Shown one piece after another: positions 42,244 through 51,619 of a stretch of 64,000 nt of DNA (positions are counted from its first letter, which is position 1; each line of letters begins with the position of its first letter). Below the pieces are notes generated by a model. The model was not told the DNA's origin. It was given only the letters and a program-made list of their open reading frames with translations, and made no database searches. Made by a program: the position numbers and the translations under genes. Source of the stretch: Sedimentibacter sp. (lineage in GTDB: Bacteria > Bacillota > Clostridia > Tissierellales > Sedimentibacteraceae); contig NZ_JBCFAS010000007.1 in the NCBI RefSeq assembly GCF_038562225.1, positions 63,277 through 127,276 on the forward strand. The letters are read 5' to 3'.

Positions 42244-43308
42244 TTAATAGCCCGCTACCCCTAAGGCTCTGCAATATTCTCTTGATTTTTCGTCTAAATA
42301 TATTCCGTCTTCCTCGATGATTCTTCTGTCAAGAATGATGGTGGGTTTTGAAACAACACCATCGGTGTGGGATGCGGCGTTCCAGAATGCTCCCATCAGG
42401 CTCGCTCCCTGGCTTCCGAAACCGAATTCTATGCATCCGAAAATTCTTTCATCTTCCACTATTCTGCCGGTTGCCTTTGTTACGCCAGGATTGAAGCCGA
42501 TGGAGTAGTGAGCCAGCCTGTACATGTTTGGGTCGTTGAATCCGTCCAGCCAGTTTCTGAATGTTTCCGCCTGCTTTCCTCCTTCGATGTTTACAATGGA
42601 ACCGTCTTTTATGGTGAGCTTGATGTTTTCATGAAGTATGCCTATTTCGGCCGGTGGGAACAAAGCAGCATCAAACACCAGAGTTCCGTTAATTGTTTCT
42701 TCTATGGGGCACCAGCTTACCTGACCGCCCAGCATAACCGGGAAACCCTTCTTCGTTGCCCTCTGACCGGAATGTTTGACTCTTCTTCCTCTGTTGTATG
42801 CTGTGAGATATGTTCCGTTTTGGTCCTTAATGATAACCTCATCTGAATCCTGAACCATCTGAGTGAGATACTCCCCGAATTCAACCATGGCATCGTAGTT
42901 TACCTTTCCCACGGTGTTTGTGAGCATTGTGACATCCATTCCGTTAAGGCATGTGTATCTGGCGCCGTTTTCAATGGACTTTCTGAAACAGGGCGTATGC
43001 ATGGTGCAGTAGTATGCAAGCTCAATCCATACATCAGTTTCCGAAACAGCCTCAGCAACCGGCTTAATGGGCTCTTCAAATGCCTTGCCCGATGTGGGGT
43101 AATAGAGAATCACCGGGTTTGCCCCCACGGTATATACCGCCTGGGCTACGGCTTCAACCACTCTTCTGTCTGAGGAAGTGTCTGCAGTTAAAACCACATT
43201 CTCACCTTCCTTCACGAGCATTACATCGCGGACCAGCTTCATGGCAGCCTTTGCTGTCTCAAATGAAAGATAGTCCTTGGACATTTCAATTCCTATGGGA
43301 TATTCCAT
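42244..43308 (-). CDS. M29/aminopeptidase-T-fold protein, paralog 1
   Basis: Same motifs and same 354 aa length as neighbour; both begin MEYPIGIEMS. Confidence 0.75.
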   Translation of the reverse strand: MEYPIGIEMSKDYLSFETAKAAMKLVRDVMLVKEGENVVLTADTSSDRRVVEAVAQAVYTVGANPVILYYPTSGKAFEEPIKPVAEAVSETDVWIELAYYCTMHTPCFRKSIENGARYTCLNGMDVTMLTNTVGKVNYDAMVEFGEYLTQMVQDSDEVIIKDQNGTYLTAYNRGRRVKHSGQRATKKGFPVMLGGQVSWCPIEETINGTLVFDAALFPPAEIGILHENIKLTIKDGSIVNIEGGKQAETFRNWLDGFNDPNMYRLAHYSIGFNPGVTKATGRIVEDERIFGCIEFGFGSQGASLMGAFWNAASHTDGVVSKPTIILDRRIIEEDGIYLDEKSREYCRALGVAGY

Positions 43309-43391
43309 CGTTACCTCCTGTTGTCAGCCATGAATAAGTCCTTGTCATCACGCATTTCGGCAATGACCAAGGACTATCCATGCATCAATAT

Positions 43392-44978
43392 TTATTTTTT
43401 AGGCATTATCAGCTTGAATGTTGAAGTGAAGAAGCTGTAAAGCGCAGCTCCTGTGAGGAAGCCTGCACCAAGGATGTACAAAGTATCCTGAGCATCCTTG
43501 CCCTTTATTTTCAGTATTATTGCCCTGAAAGCGAGAGCTCCGAGAACTGTGAGACCAGTCATGGTGTTTCCAACCAGCAAACCTGTTGCAAACAAAACGC
43601 CAAGCTGTTTGGACGGTCCACCTATAAACTGGATAATGGCTCCGGGAACTGCCCACATGAGCAGGTACTTGGCAATCTGCGGACTTGCGCCTGCTTCGAT
43701 TGTTGTCTTGTAAGTCTTGGCAACGGGAGCGAACAGACCCTGCTCAAAGTATTTGTTGGCAAATAGAAACACCATTACGCCTGCAACGCAGATACCGATA
43801 AGCTCGGAGTAGAATTGCTGTTTTCTTCCGTCCAGTTCGAAATCAATATCCTGTCCGCGGCCTCTCAGAATCCAGCCGGCCTTCATGTCGTATCCCACGT
43901 CTGAGAAAGCAGGACCTGTAGCCGCTGTGTAGCCGACGAGAATTGCCAGCGACATTGGAGGGAAGCCTAAAAGCATGCCCACCAAAAGGAAGATCAATGC
44001 TGTTGCAAAGCCCGGGAACCAGCCTGAATGCATTGCAGAAAGACCAACGATCAATTCGGAAGCTATGGCTGCAAAGGCTGCAAATACAACCCAGAATATG
44101 AGCATAGGCACTGACATATCATCCATGAGTCCGGAGATTACAGCCAGAACCATGGCTACGATGATGTATGCAACAAAACCTTTGGAAAGGGCTGATTTCA
44201 TCGAAGACATGCTGTTTCCGAACTTGCCTGCGGCACTGGCCTGACCGTCCTTCTTAACGAAAAGGATGATTGCGGCCTGAATGAGAGCAACCATTCCTGC
44301 ACCTATCATGATGCCGTGAGGCAGGTACATGGATTTGAAATCAATTCCCAGGGCTCCAGGAGCATAGCCTATGAAAAGGGCGCCGGCGCCGAATGCCGTA
44401 AGGGCCCAGAAGTCTCCGATCCAGGCAACTCCGAACAGGTCTGTTGGTATGCCCATCATCTTGCCTGCGATACCGCCAACTGCTCCTACGATGAGAAGCA
44501 CTGCTTTCTTGCCCTTGTTTGCAACGGCAAGGATTGTTTCAGCTGTGGCAATTCCCGGCGGCCATGGTTCTTCAGCAGGGAACATCTGACTGTCAAATGA
44601 CTTGTACATTATGGTTACGTCTATTACTGTTGCAAAAAAAACACCTACAAACAAAGGCATTACCAGGTCCGGTCTTCCCATTACGAAAGGAATTCCTATG
44701 GGAAGCAGCAAGCTGTTTGCTGCTGAGAAAGTCGCACCTGAAATGGATGTCTGGATAAGGTTTTGGCTGTTTACATCCTTAAAAGTTCTGAAAAATTTAA
44801 CCGGAATTTTGGATACTATGATTGCCAGAAGAGCACCGATGATTGATGTATTGGTGCTGATGCCTATTCTTACAATTAGTTCCAGACCGATGATGACGCC
44901 GACGATTGATGTCAAAATGTTCACCAGCAGTATGCCGGGTTCAAAAGCCGACGGATGTCGTCTGTTTTCTTTGTTCAT
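43392..44978 (-). CDS. OPT/YSL family oligopeptide transporter
   Basis: Many TM segments; NTSIIGA, QNLIQTSIS, WPPGIATAE, SGWFP; ATG 44978 after AGGAGGT. Confidence 0.8.
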   Translation of the reverse strand: MNKENRRHPSAFEPGILLVNILTSIVGVIIGLELIVRIGISTNTSIIGALLAIIVSKIPVKFFRTFKDVNSQNLIQTSISGATFSAANSLLLPIGIPFVMGRPDLVMPLFVGVFFATVIDVTIMYKSFDSQMFPAEEPWPPGIATAETILAVANKGKKAVLLIVGAVGGIAGKMMGIPTDLFGVAWIGDFWALTAFGAGALFIGYAPGALGIDFKSMYLPHGIMIGAGMVALIQAAIILFVKKDGQASAAGKFGNSMSSMKSALSKGFVAYIIVAMVLAVISGLMDDMSVPMLIFWVVFAAFAAIASELIVGLSAMHSGWFPGFATALIFLLVGMLLGFPPMSLAILVGYTAATGPAFSDVGYDMKAGWILRGRGQDIDFELDGRKQQFYSELIGICVAGVMVFLFANKYFEQGLFAPVAKTYKTTIEAGASPQIAKYLLMWAVPGAIIQFIGGPSKQLGVLFATGLLVGNTMTGLTVLGALAFRAIILKIKGKDAQDTLYILGAGFLTGAALYSFFTSTFKLIMPKK

Positions 44979-45019
44979 ATAATACCTCCTCATTTAGTTA
45001 TTTCAATTTTATGATTTTT

Positions 45020-45952
45020 TTATTGCTGTCCGCCTTTTTGATACTTTGTCATGCTGCCGTAAAGTCTCGCCATAAGGTTGAATTCATCCTCATCGTAGAA
45101 TTTGCACTTGCTGCTTCCGAAGTCTTTGGCAACTTCCACCGCAAAGCGCGCTGCAGATTCCACATCGATGAGATGGGTAGCTCCTGTTGCGCAGCCTGCA
45201 ACCGGAACCTCAGTGGTTATGGCAACACCTATTACCGGACTTGATGTGGCAGTTGACGGCTGAAGAATGCTGTTCAGATGGAACAGTCCGTTGCCGTAGG
45301 GGGTTATGTCCTGCTGAGACAACGGAAACACCTTTGCCAGCTGTCCTGTGACCCTCATCATAATCTGCACTATGTCGTCGCTTACCTTGAGTATGCAGCC
45401 TTCCTTGACTGTTGGTGATATGGCAAATCCTCTGTTTGTGATTATGCTGTTGCCCTTCGTGGTGTCTATGGACAGTATGGCATCCATTTCCTCGCTTACT
45501 TCCGAGTCGTTCATATCTGAAATCTCCACAGGGGAGTCCATGAAAGGAACCGGAAAATGCTCCCTTGTAGGTGCATCTGGACAGATGTGGGTTGCCACTA
45601 TGACGTCGCCGTCAAGAACATCGCCGTTTTTGTGCATTACGGCAAGCTTCAGCCCTGTCGACAACGCAGCCAGAGCACCGTCTCCGTCGGAAACAAAGCC
45701 GATGAGCTCCGGTCTTGCTCCGAGACCTCCGAGTCTTCCTATTATCCCCAGCGTGGGGCTGCTGCCGCCGGAACATTTTCCGTTTTTACCCGGTATCCTG
45801 ATGCTTATGAAGTCCGTGGACCCTTTGCTGCCCGTGTATTTTTTTACGGAAACATCCTTGATTCCAGTCAGCCTGAATATTTCAGCGATCTCTTCGCCGT
45901 TAGCGCTGGGTTTGTCCAACAATTCAAATAAATCAATAACCTGCTTTAACAT
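45020..45952 (-). CDS. DUF1177 family protein
   Basis: GSTDF, PTLGIIGRLGGLGARP, VSDGDGA, DTTKGN, TPYGN, HLNSILQP, GCATGA. Confidence 0.85.
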   Translation of the reverse strand: MLKQVIDLFELLDKPSANGEEIAEIFRLTGIKDVSVKKYTGSKGSTDFISIRIPGKNGKCSGGSSPTLGIIGRLGGLGARPELIGFVSDGDGALAALSTGLKLAVMHKNGDVLDGDVIVATHICPDAPTREHFPVPFMDSPVEISDMNDSEVSEEMDAILSIDTTKGNSIITNRGFAISPTVKEGCILKVSDDIVQIMMRVTGQLAKVFPLSQQDITPYGNGLFHLNSILQPSTATSSPVIGVAITTEVPVAGCATGATHLIDVESAARFAVEVAKDFGSSKCKFYDEDEFNLMARLYGSMTKYQKGGQQ

Positions 45953-45967
45953 AATTCCTCCATTAAT

Positions 45968-46621
45968 TTACTGATACCTGATTATACATTCTGCCAGCAT
46001 CATGATACCTTCGGATTCCACAGCATCCAGAATTCGTACGTTAAGATGCTTAAGAAAGCTTTTAGCATTGGCTGTGGTGAGCCCTGTGCATGCAAAAGCT
46101 ATTGTGTCTGCACCCAGTTCAATAAGTCGAAGGGCTGAATTGATTATTTCCTGCTTTCCTTCTTCTGTCTGCAGATCGTTCGTGGAAACTATTCCTCTGG
46201 GCTTTTCGTAAGATATGATTTTATCCTTCAGTATTTCGGTATATTTTTTTGGTGGAACGTCTTCTATTCCTATGATTCCAACCTTATTTGAACCGGCAAG
46301 GCTCAAGACAGCCGTTGATTTTCCTCCGCCCACCACGGGTATGTGCAGTTGGCGGGATAAAACGTCCACTGCAGGGTCTCCTGCGCAGCTAATTATGATT
46401 CCGTCAAGGTCTTTTTCCCATTCCTGTGCAAGCTTCACTATTTTGGGAACCGCAATATTATGTGTTTCATCATCATGAATGCCTTCATACTGGTCATGGA
46501 TGCATCTGGTTTCTAGTTCAAACTGAGGAAACATTGCGCCTAATTTTTCCTGGTGTGCAAGAAGCACATTTTCGTCTGCTGTGGTCAATACTCTTATAAT
46601 GCCGACTTTGTATCTGTTCAT
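45968..46621 (-). CDS. Asp/Glu/hydantoin racemase family protein
   Basis: Two catalytic-type Cys motifs SCAGDP and ACTGL. Confidence 0.85.
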   Translation of the reverse strand: MNRYKVGIIRVLTTADENVLLAHQEKLGAMFPQFELETRCIHDQYEGIHDDETHNIAVPKIVKLAQEWEKDLDGIIISCAGDPAVDVLSRQLHIPVVGGGKSTAVLSLAGSNKVGIIGIEDVPPKKYTEILKDKIISYEKPRGIVSTNDLQTEEGKQEIINSALRLIELGADTIAFACTGLTTANAKSFLKHLNVRILDAVESEGIMMLAECIIRYQ

Positions 46622-46731
46622 TTGTTCACCTCCTATTTCTTTGTTTTATATAATATATCACAGCAAAAATTTAATATGGGTATATCTTATTCCACAAATG
46701 ACGTCTTTGAAGTGTGCACTTTGTATATCTG

Positions 46732-46778
46732 AAAAAAACACCGGCAGAGTCTGGCTGTAAGCCTGACCCTGCCGGTAT
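46732..46778 (-). terminator. Intrinsic terminator of the PucR gene
   Basis: ACCGGCAG-GTC...GAC-CTGCCGGT long stem, T7 run on minus strand. Confidence 0.75.
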
Positions 46779-46779
46779 G

Positions 46780-48378
46780 TCATTCGGATATTATTTCATT
46801 GAGCTTCATAGCTATCTGAAGTATGAGCCTGTTTTCGGATTTATCTATGTCGCTGTCAAGTATGTCGTTTATCTTGTTGATTCTCTTGTAGAGGGTGTTT
46901 CTGTGAATAAAGAGCCTGTCTGACGTGTGGCTTACTGAAAAGTCACAGTCAATAAGGGTCTCCAGCGTCTTCAGAAGCTCGGAATTGTTTTCGCTGTCAT
47001 GCTTCTTTATTCGCTTTATGGTGTTCTTGTAAAGTTTGGACAAAGTAGGATGGCCGGATATTTCATACAGAAGGTGGTAAATCATGTAATCATCGTATAA
47101 GTACACTCCGCCGGGATTTTTGTTGAGTTTTTTGCCTATTTTCAACGCAAAGTTGGCCTCTTCCCCTGCAAAGTACAGGTACTTCAGGCTGTTGCAGATT
47201 TTGCTTATGCCTATGGTGAATTCCTGGTCCCTGAAACTCTTCTTCAAATCCAGCACCAGCTTCTCGTAAAACGAATCAAGAAGTTTTGTGTTGCTTTGCA
47301 GCTTCTGGTTTTCAATTATGAACATGATGTTTTTGCTGTACCGTTTGTGGCAGAATATGTTATCGTACATCTGGAATATTGAAACAAGCTTTTTTTCAAG
47401 CCTTAAATACTCATTTTCATCGGTGATTGTGCTTTCAATGGTCCATACATACCTGCTCTTTGAAAAGTCTATGTTCCTGTATGAAGATTCCTCCTTCAGC
47501 TTCAGCTCATCCTCGTTGTAGTTGCCCTCGATTATGCTGAAGAAAAATTCTTCCAGCGACTTGTGGTAAAGCACAGCCTTTTTCGTGTTTGAAAGCAGGT
47601 ACACAGTGATGAAGGGCATTACTTCCTTTATGATTTCCTTGTCCGTATTGGTCAAAGACGCTCCCTTTTTCAAGTCAACACACAAAAATGCTATGACGAT
47701 GTTCATACCGTATACTTTGTAAATTTCATAGGTTCTAGAACTGTTGTCAATGGTCATGTTTTCGCCGGAAGACATGAGTTCTGTGGTGTACTGGCTTATT
47801 GTTTTTTTAGCACCCAGAGTTTTGAGGTTGTTGTCGTCGCTGACAAGGTTAAGATTGTTCTCCCAGAAAAGGTATATGTCGTTTCTCACATACCTTGATA
47901 TGAGGTTGATGATAGCAGATATGTTCAGGTTGTGCTTTGTAAGCCTGTTCAGCTCCTGCTTGAATTCCTTGAGAGTGTAGAAGTCATAGTTTTCATCACC
48001 TATTATCTTGTTCAGTATGGGACGGACAATGCTGTTGTAGCTGGCGGCTATGGGAACCTCTATGATGGGCAGGTTCAGTTCTTCAGCCATTATGAGGATT
48101 TTTTCCGGAATTTCGTCGATGTACCTTCCTATTTTTATGCCCAGTCCGGCAGCTTCCTTAGTGGCAAGCATCTGAATTATGTTTTCCAGAGTGGTGTCAT
48201 TGTTTTTAAGGCAGTATCCGGTGGTTACGATGAAATCACCTTTATTTACCCAGTAGACGCCGTCCGGCACTTCCATTATGTCGACATTTAATATTTCCCT
48301 GTTTAATCCGGCCTTGCCGGCTAAAAGCCTAAAGTCCTTGAAATCCTTGTTTAATGAAAAAATATCCGATACAATCAT
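46780..48378 (-). CDS. PucR family transcriptional regulator
   Basis: LLAGKAGLNR, MEVPD, VTTGY N-terminal domain; C-terminal HTH LFIHRNTLYKRI. Confidence 0.92.
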   Translation of the reverse strand: MIVSDIFSLNKDFKDFRLLAGKAGLNREILNVDIMEVPDGVYWVNKGDFIVTTGYCLKNNDTTLENIIQMLATKEAAGLGIKIGRYIDEIPEKILIMAEELNLPIIEVPIAASYNSIVRPILNKIIGDENYDFYTLKEFKQELNRLTKHNLNISAIINLISRYVRNDIYLFWENNLNLVSDDNNLKTLGAKKTISQYTTELMSSGENMTIDNSSRTYEIYKVYGMNIVIAFLCVDLKKGASLTNTDKEIIKEVMPFITVYLLSNTKKAVLYHKSLEEFFFSIIEGNYNEDELKLKEESSYRNIDFSKSRYVWTIESTITDENEYLRLEKKLVSIFQMYDNIFCHKRYSKNIMFIIENQKLQSNTKLLDSFYEKLVLDLKKSFRDQEFTIGISKICNSLKYLYFAGEEANFALKIGKKLNKNPGGVYLYDDYMIYHLLYEISGHPTLSKLYKNTIKRIKKHDSENNSELLKTLETLIDCDFSVSHTSDRLFIHRNTLYKRINKINDILDSDIDKSENRLILQIAMKLNEIISE

Positions 48379-48546
48379 TTCAGCCTCTCAAAATTATAAT
48401 TAAGACATTTTATCAGAAAATTTTATTGAATTCAATACTTTTAATGCATCTGCACACTTAATTGTTTCTAAAAGTAAACGATTACAGCAAAAAAACAGTC
48501 TATAATAATTATAACGGCAGTTAAATTATTATTAGTAAGGAGTGTT

Positions 48547-49221
48547 ATGATGAAAAAGGTAAGAATAGGAACCGTAACAATCGGGCAATCGCCCAGGACC
48601 GACATAACTGATGAAATAAGTCCCATGCTTGGGGAAAGGTTTGTACTGGTGGAAAAGGGTGCCCTGGACGGCATGCATGACGACTACATAGCAGAACACA
48701 TTGCGCCTGGAGAAAAAGATGAGGTTCTTGTAAGCCGAATGCAAGACGGGAGGCCGGTGAGAATCGCCAAAGACAAGGTGTTGCCGCTGATTCAGGAAAA
48801 GATTCATGAACTGGATAAAGAAAATGTAGACATCATTGTGCTTCTTTGCAATGAGGTTTTTCCTGAATTTCAGAGCAGAACGCTATTATTTAGGACCGAA
48901 GAGGTTCTGCACTCCATGGCAGCAAGACTGGCGGGAGGCAGGAATGTGGGGGTTATGATGCCTGACAGGTCTCAGCTGCAGGGAATAACCGAACTTTGGA
49001 AAAAGTATGGAGTATGTGTGAAAGCAGTGGGTGCATCACCGTACCAGGAGGACAGCCTGGAGGAAGAGGCAGAAAAGCTCAGGGGTGAGGACATCTGCTT
49101 CATTTTCATGGAATGCCTCGGATATTCCCGGGAAATGAAGAAGAAGGTTGAAGCGGCAACAGGAAAGATGGTGCTGACCACCAGGACGCTGATGTTCAGA
49201 ATAATACAGGAGATGTTTTAA
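48547..49221 (+). CDS. AroM family protein
   Basis: VTIGQSPRTD, LVSRMQDG, LLC, ASPY, ECLGY. Confidence 0.85.
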   Translation: MMKKVRIGTVTIGQSPRTDITDEISPMLGERFVLVEKGALDGMHDDYIAEHIAPGEKDEVLVSRMQDGRPVRIAKDKVLPLIQEKIHELDKENVDIIVLLCNEVFPEFQSRTLLFRTEEVLHSMAARLAGGRNVGVMMPDRSQLQGITELWKKYGVCVKAVGASPYQEDSLEEEAEKLRGEDICFIFMECLGYSREMKKKVEAATGKMVLTTRTLMFRIIQEMF

Positions 49222-49442
49222 AACAGGACGCACAAAATTCATACGGACATGCGAAAAAATCGTTAGTTGAAAAGGACATTACTAGGGAGGTATTTTGTCT
49301 AAATTGCATTGCCGCCTAAAATGTCCTTAAAGTTTACTTTTGATGAAAAATATCCGCCATAATCATTTTTGCGGTCTAAAAATAATCCAGATATTTATAT
49401 AAGAATTTTATTCAAATTAAATTAAATTATAGTATAAAGTCA

Positions 49443-50360
49443 CTATGAATGAATTGTCGTACCTAGACTTTCCGTTTCCTTGATGTTATTTAAACCGTCG
49501 AGAGCTATAAAAAGCACTGAAGAAATAACCAAAATACTTCCGAAAATAGTTTTAGTACTCAAATATTCGTTGAAGCATAACGTACTTACAAATAAGCTTA
49601 TTAAAGGCTCCAGCATATTAAAAAATGATGCAGTACTGGCTCCTAATACTTTTATTCCTGATATCATCAAGTAAAAAGCAATTAAAGATCCTGTTCCTGA
49701 AAGACCAAACAATTGGAGATAAACTAAACTACTTGAGGGTAAGCTTAAACTCCCTGATGCTATTGTTTGAATTCCAAAAACTATTGCCGCAGCTGATGAA
49801 ATGTAAAATAATTTAACAATAAGTGGGAGTTCATTAATTTCGCCCTTTTCATTAGCGATAATGTAAAAGGCATAAGAAATAGAGGATAGAATTGCTGTAA
49901 TTATACCTATAAAATTTACACTTGAAGAGAGTTCCAAGATTAGAAGCATTCCAAGAATTGAAAAAACAATTGCTCCAGCCTTAAGGAAGGTAAGATTTTG
50001 TTTGAACATGAAAATCATTAAGAAACAAACTAAACTCGGATACATAAAATGAAGCATTGTGGTTAAACCAACTGATATGTATTCATACGAGATATTCAGC
50101 AAGAATCCTGTTCCTCCCATACCCATTGACCCAAGTATGAACATAAAGTAGAACTTTTTTGGGGAAACTCTGAAGGACTTTTTACTTACTATTGTTATAA
50201 GACACGACCAAAGTGAGACGGTTAACATAGAATAAAAAACAATACATCCTGATGACAATCCGCTATTGAGAATATATTTGTTAATTGTTGGTAAAGAACC
50301 AAGGATTACAGATGCACCAGTCATTGAGAGTATACCTTTTAACATTAATTTCATCTCCAT
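49443..50360 (-). CDS. DMT/EamA family transporter
   Basis: 10 TM in two repeats; LHFMYP, MLEP motifs. Confidence 0.88.
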   Translation of the reverse strand: MEMKLMLKGILSMTGASVILGSLPTINKYILNSGLSSGCIVFYSMLTVSLWSCLITIVSKKSFRVSPKKFYFMFILGSMGMGGTGFLLNISYEYISVGLTTMLHFMYPSLVCFLMIFMFKQNLTFLKAGAIVFSILGMLLILELSSSVNFIGIITAILSSISYAFYIIANEKGEINELPLIVKLFYISSAAAIVFGIQTIASGSLSLPSSSLVYLQLFGLSGTGSLIAFYLMISGIKVLGASTASFFNMLEPLISLFVSTLCFNEYLSTKTIFGSILVISSVLFIALDGLNNIKETESLGTTIHS

Positions 50361-50417
50361 ATATTGTATTACAGCCTGTATTTAGAATACAGGCTGTTCT
50401 TAACATAATTTATCATA

Positions 50418-51539
50418 TTAAGCCATTGCAGGCTTATCCCAAAGATTTAAAATTTGTCCGGTTTCTATTTCCTTTGCTTTTTGAAGGCAGGTCCAAGCCC
50501 ATGCTATATCATAAACGGGAAGGCCGCCTTGAGCAAATAAAATAATTTCGTCATCATCTATCCTGCCGGGAATATTGCCGGCAATAATATCTCCCAGATT
50601 TTGAATTTTTTCTAGAGGAAGCACTTTATCATGCACGTAGTCAAGCAAGGAGCAGCCCAAAAGTGGAATATGAGAACTATAAGGATATTCTAATTCTTCA
50701 GCCCATGCTTCATAAGTTTTCCAGTTGTCAACAATGTTTCTGGCTCGGTTAATGACAAAATCTTTAGGTAATTTGATTCCCGCCGGAAGGGAGATATAGG
50801 CTCCTTTTTTTAACCACTCTTCATTGAATTCAGGCTCAATAGCACCGGACGTAGCTGCATGAACTATATCGGAGTCTTGTACGCATGCCTCTAATGATTC
50901 TGAAAGTTCAATGACTTTTATATGAGGATAATTTTTGCGTATGAAATTTGCAAGACGTTCTGCAGATGTAGGAAATACGTCATAGATTTTTACCTTTTCA
51001 AGGCTCGGACATGTGATAGCTATGGACATAAAAGATGTTTTTGTTATAACTCCAGCTCCAATTAGACCGCAAACTTTTGATTCTTTTCTAGCTAAATATT
51101 TTGCTCCAACACCAGGAATGGCGCCCGTACGCATAGAACTAATTAAGTTGGCACTCATCAAGGCTTCAGGTGCACCTGTTTCAACATTGTTGAGCATAAC
51201 CATCAAAATTGATCGGGGTAGTCCTTTTGATAAATTTTCTCTGTTTGAACCGTACCATTTCTCACCGCAGACATGGTATTTCCCTCCAAGGTAGGCTTCC
51301 ATTGTCATAAAGCGGCGGTCAGGACCATTTTTAGGCATGCCAGGATGCTTGGGTTCATCTGGAAAAAATATTGGTTGACCATGAGAATTATTGTTACCGC
51401 CTCCCATAAGGTAATCGCCTTCGCCCATAAGGCGATAAACATCACACATAACCTCTACGCATTTCTCCATGTCAGTAACACCTGACTGTATCATATCTTG
51501 TTCGTTTAAATATAGAAAATCAATTCTTGTTTCATCCAT
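50418..51539 (-). CDS. Ornithine cyclodeaminase family protein (tyramine oxidase subunit B-like subfamily)
   Basis: FLYLNEQDM, NSHG, GPDRRFM, KWYGSN, GLPRS, RTGAIPG, GGLPVYD. Confidence 0.85.
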   Translation of the reverse strand: MDETRIDFLYLNEQDMIQSGVTDMEKCVEVMCDVYRLMGEGDYLMGGGNNNSHGQPIFFPDEPKHPGMPKNGPDRRFMTMEAYLGGKYHVCGEKWYGSNRENLSKGLPRSILMVMLNNVETGAPEALMSANLISSMRTGAIPGVGAKYLARKESKVCGLIGAGVITKTSFMSIAITCPSLEKVKIYDVFPTSAERLANFIRKNYPHIKVIELSESLEACVQDSDIVHAATSGAIEPEFNEEWLKKGAYISLPAGIKLPKDFVINRARNIVDNWKTYEAWAEELEYPYSSHIPLLGCSLLDYVHDKVLPLEKIQNLGDIIAGNIPGRIDDDEIILFAQGGLPVYDIAWAWTCLQKAKEIETGQILNLWDKPAMA

Positions 51540-51619
51540 TTTTCTTACCTCTTTTAAGTTTATGTCAATTATGAATAGTACAAATGTTTCGCTTTGATAA
51601 CAATTAGCTCCTAAATTAA

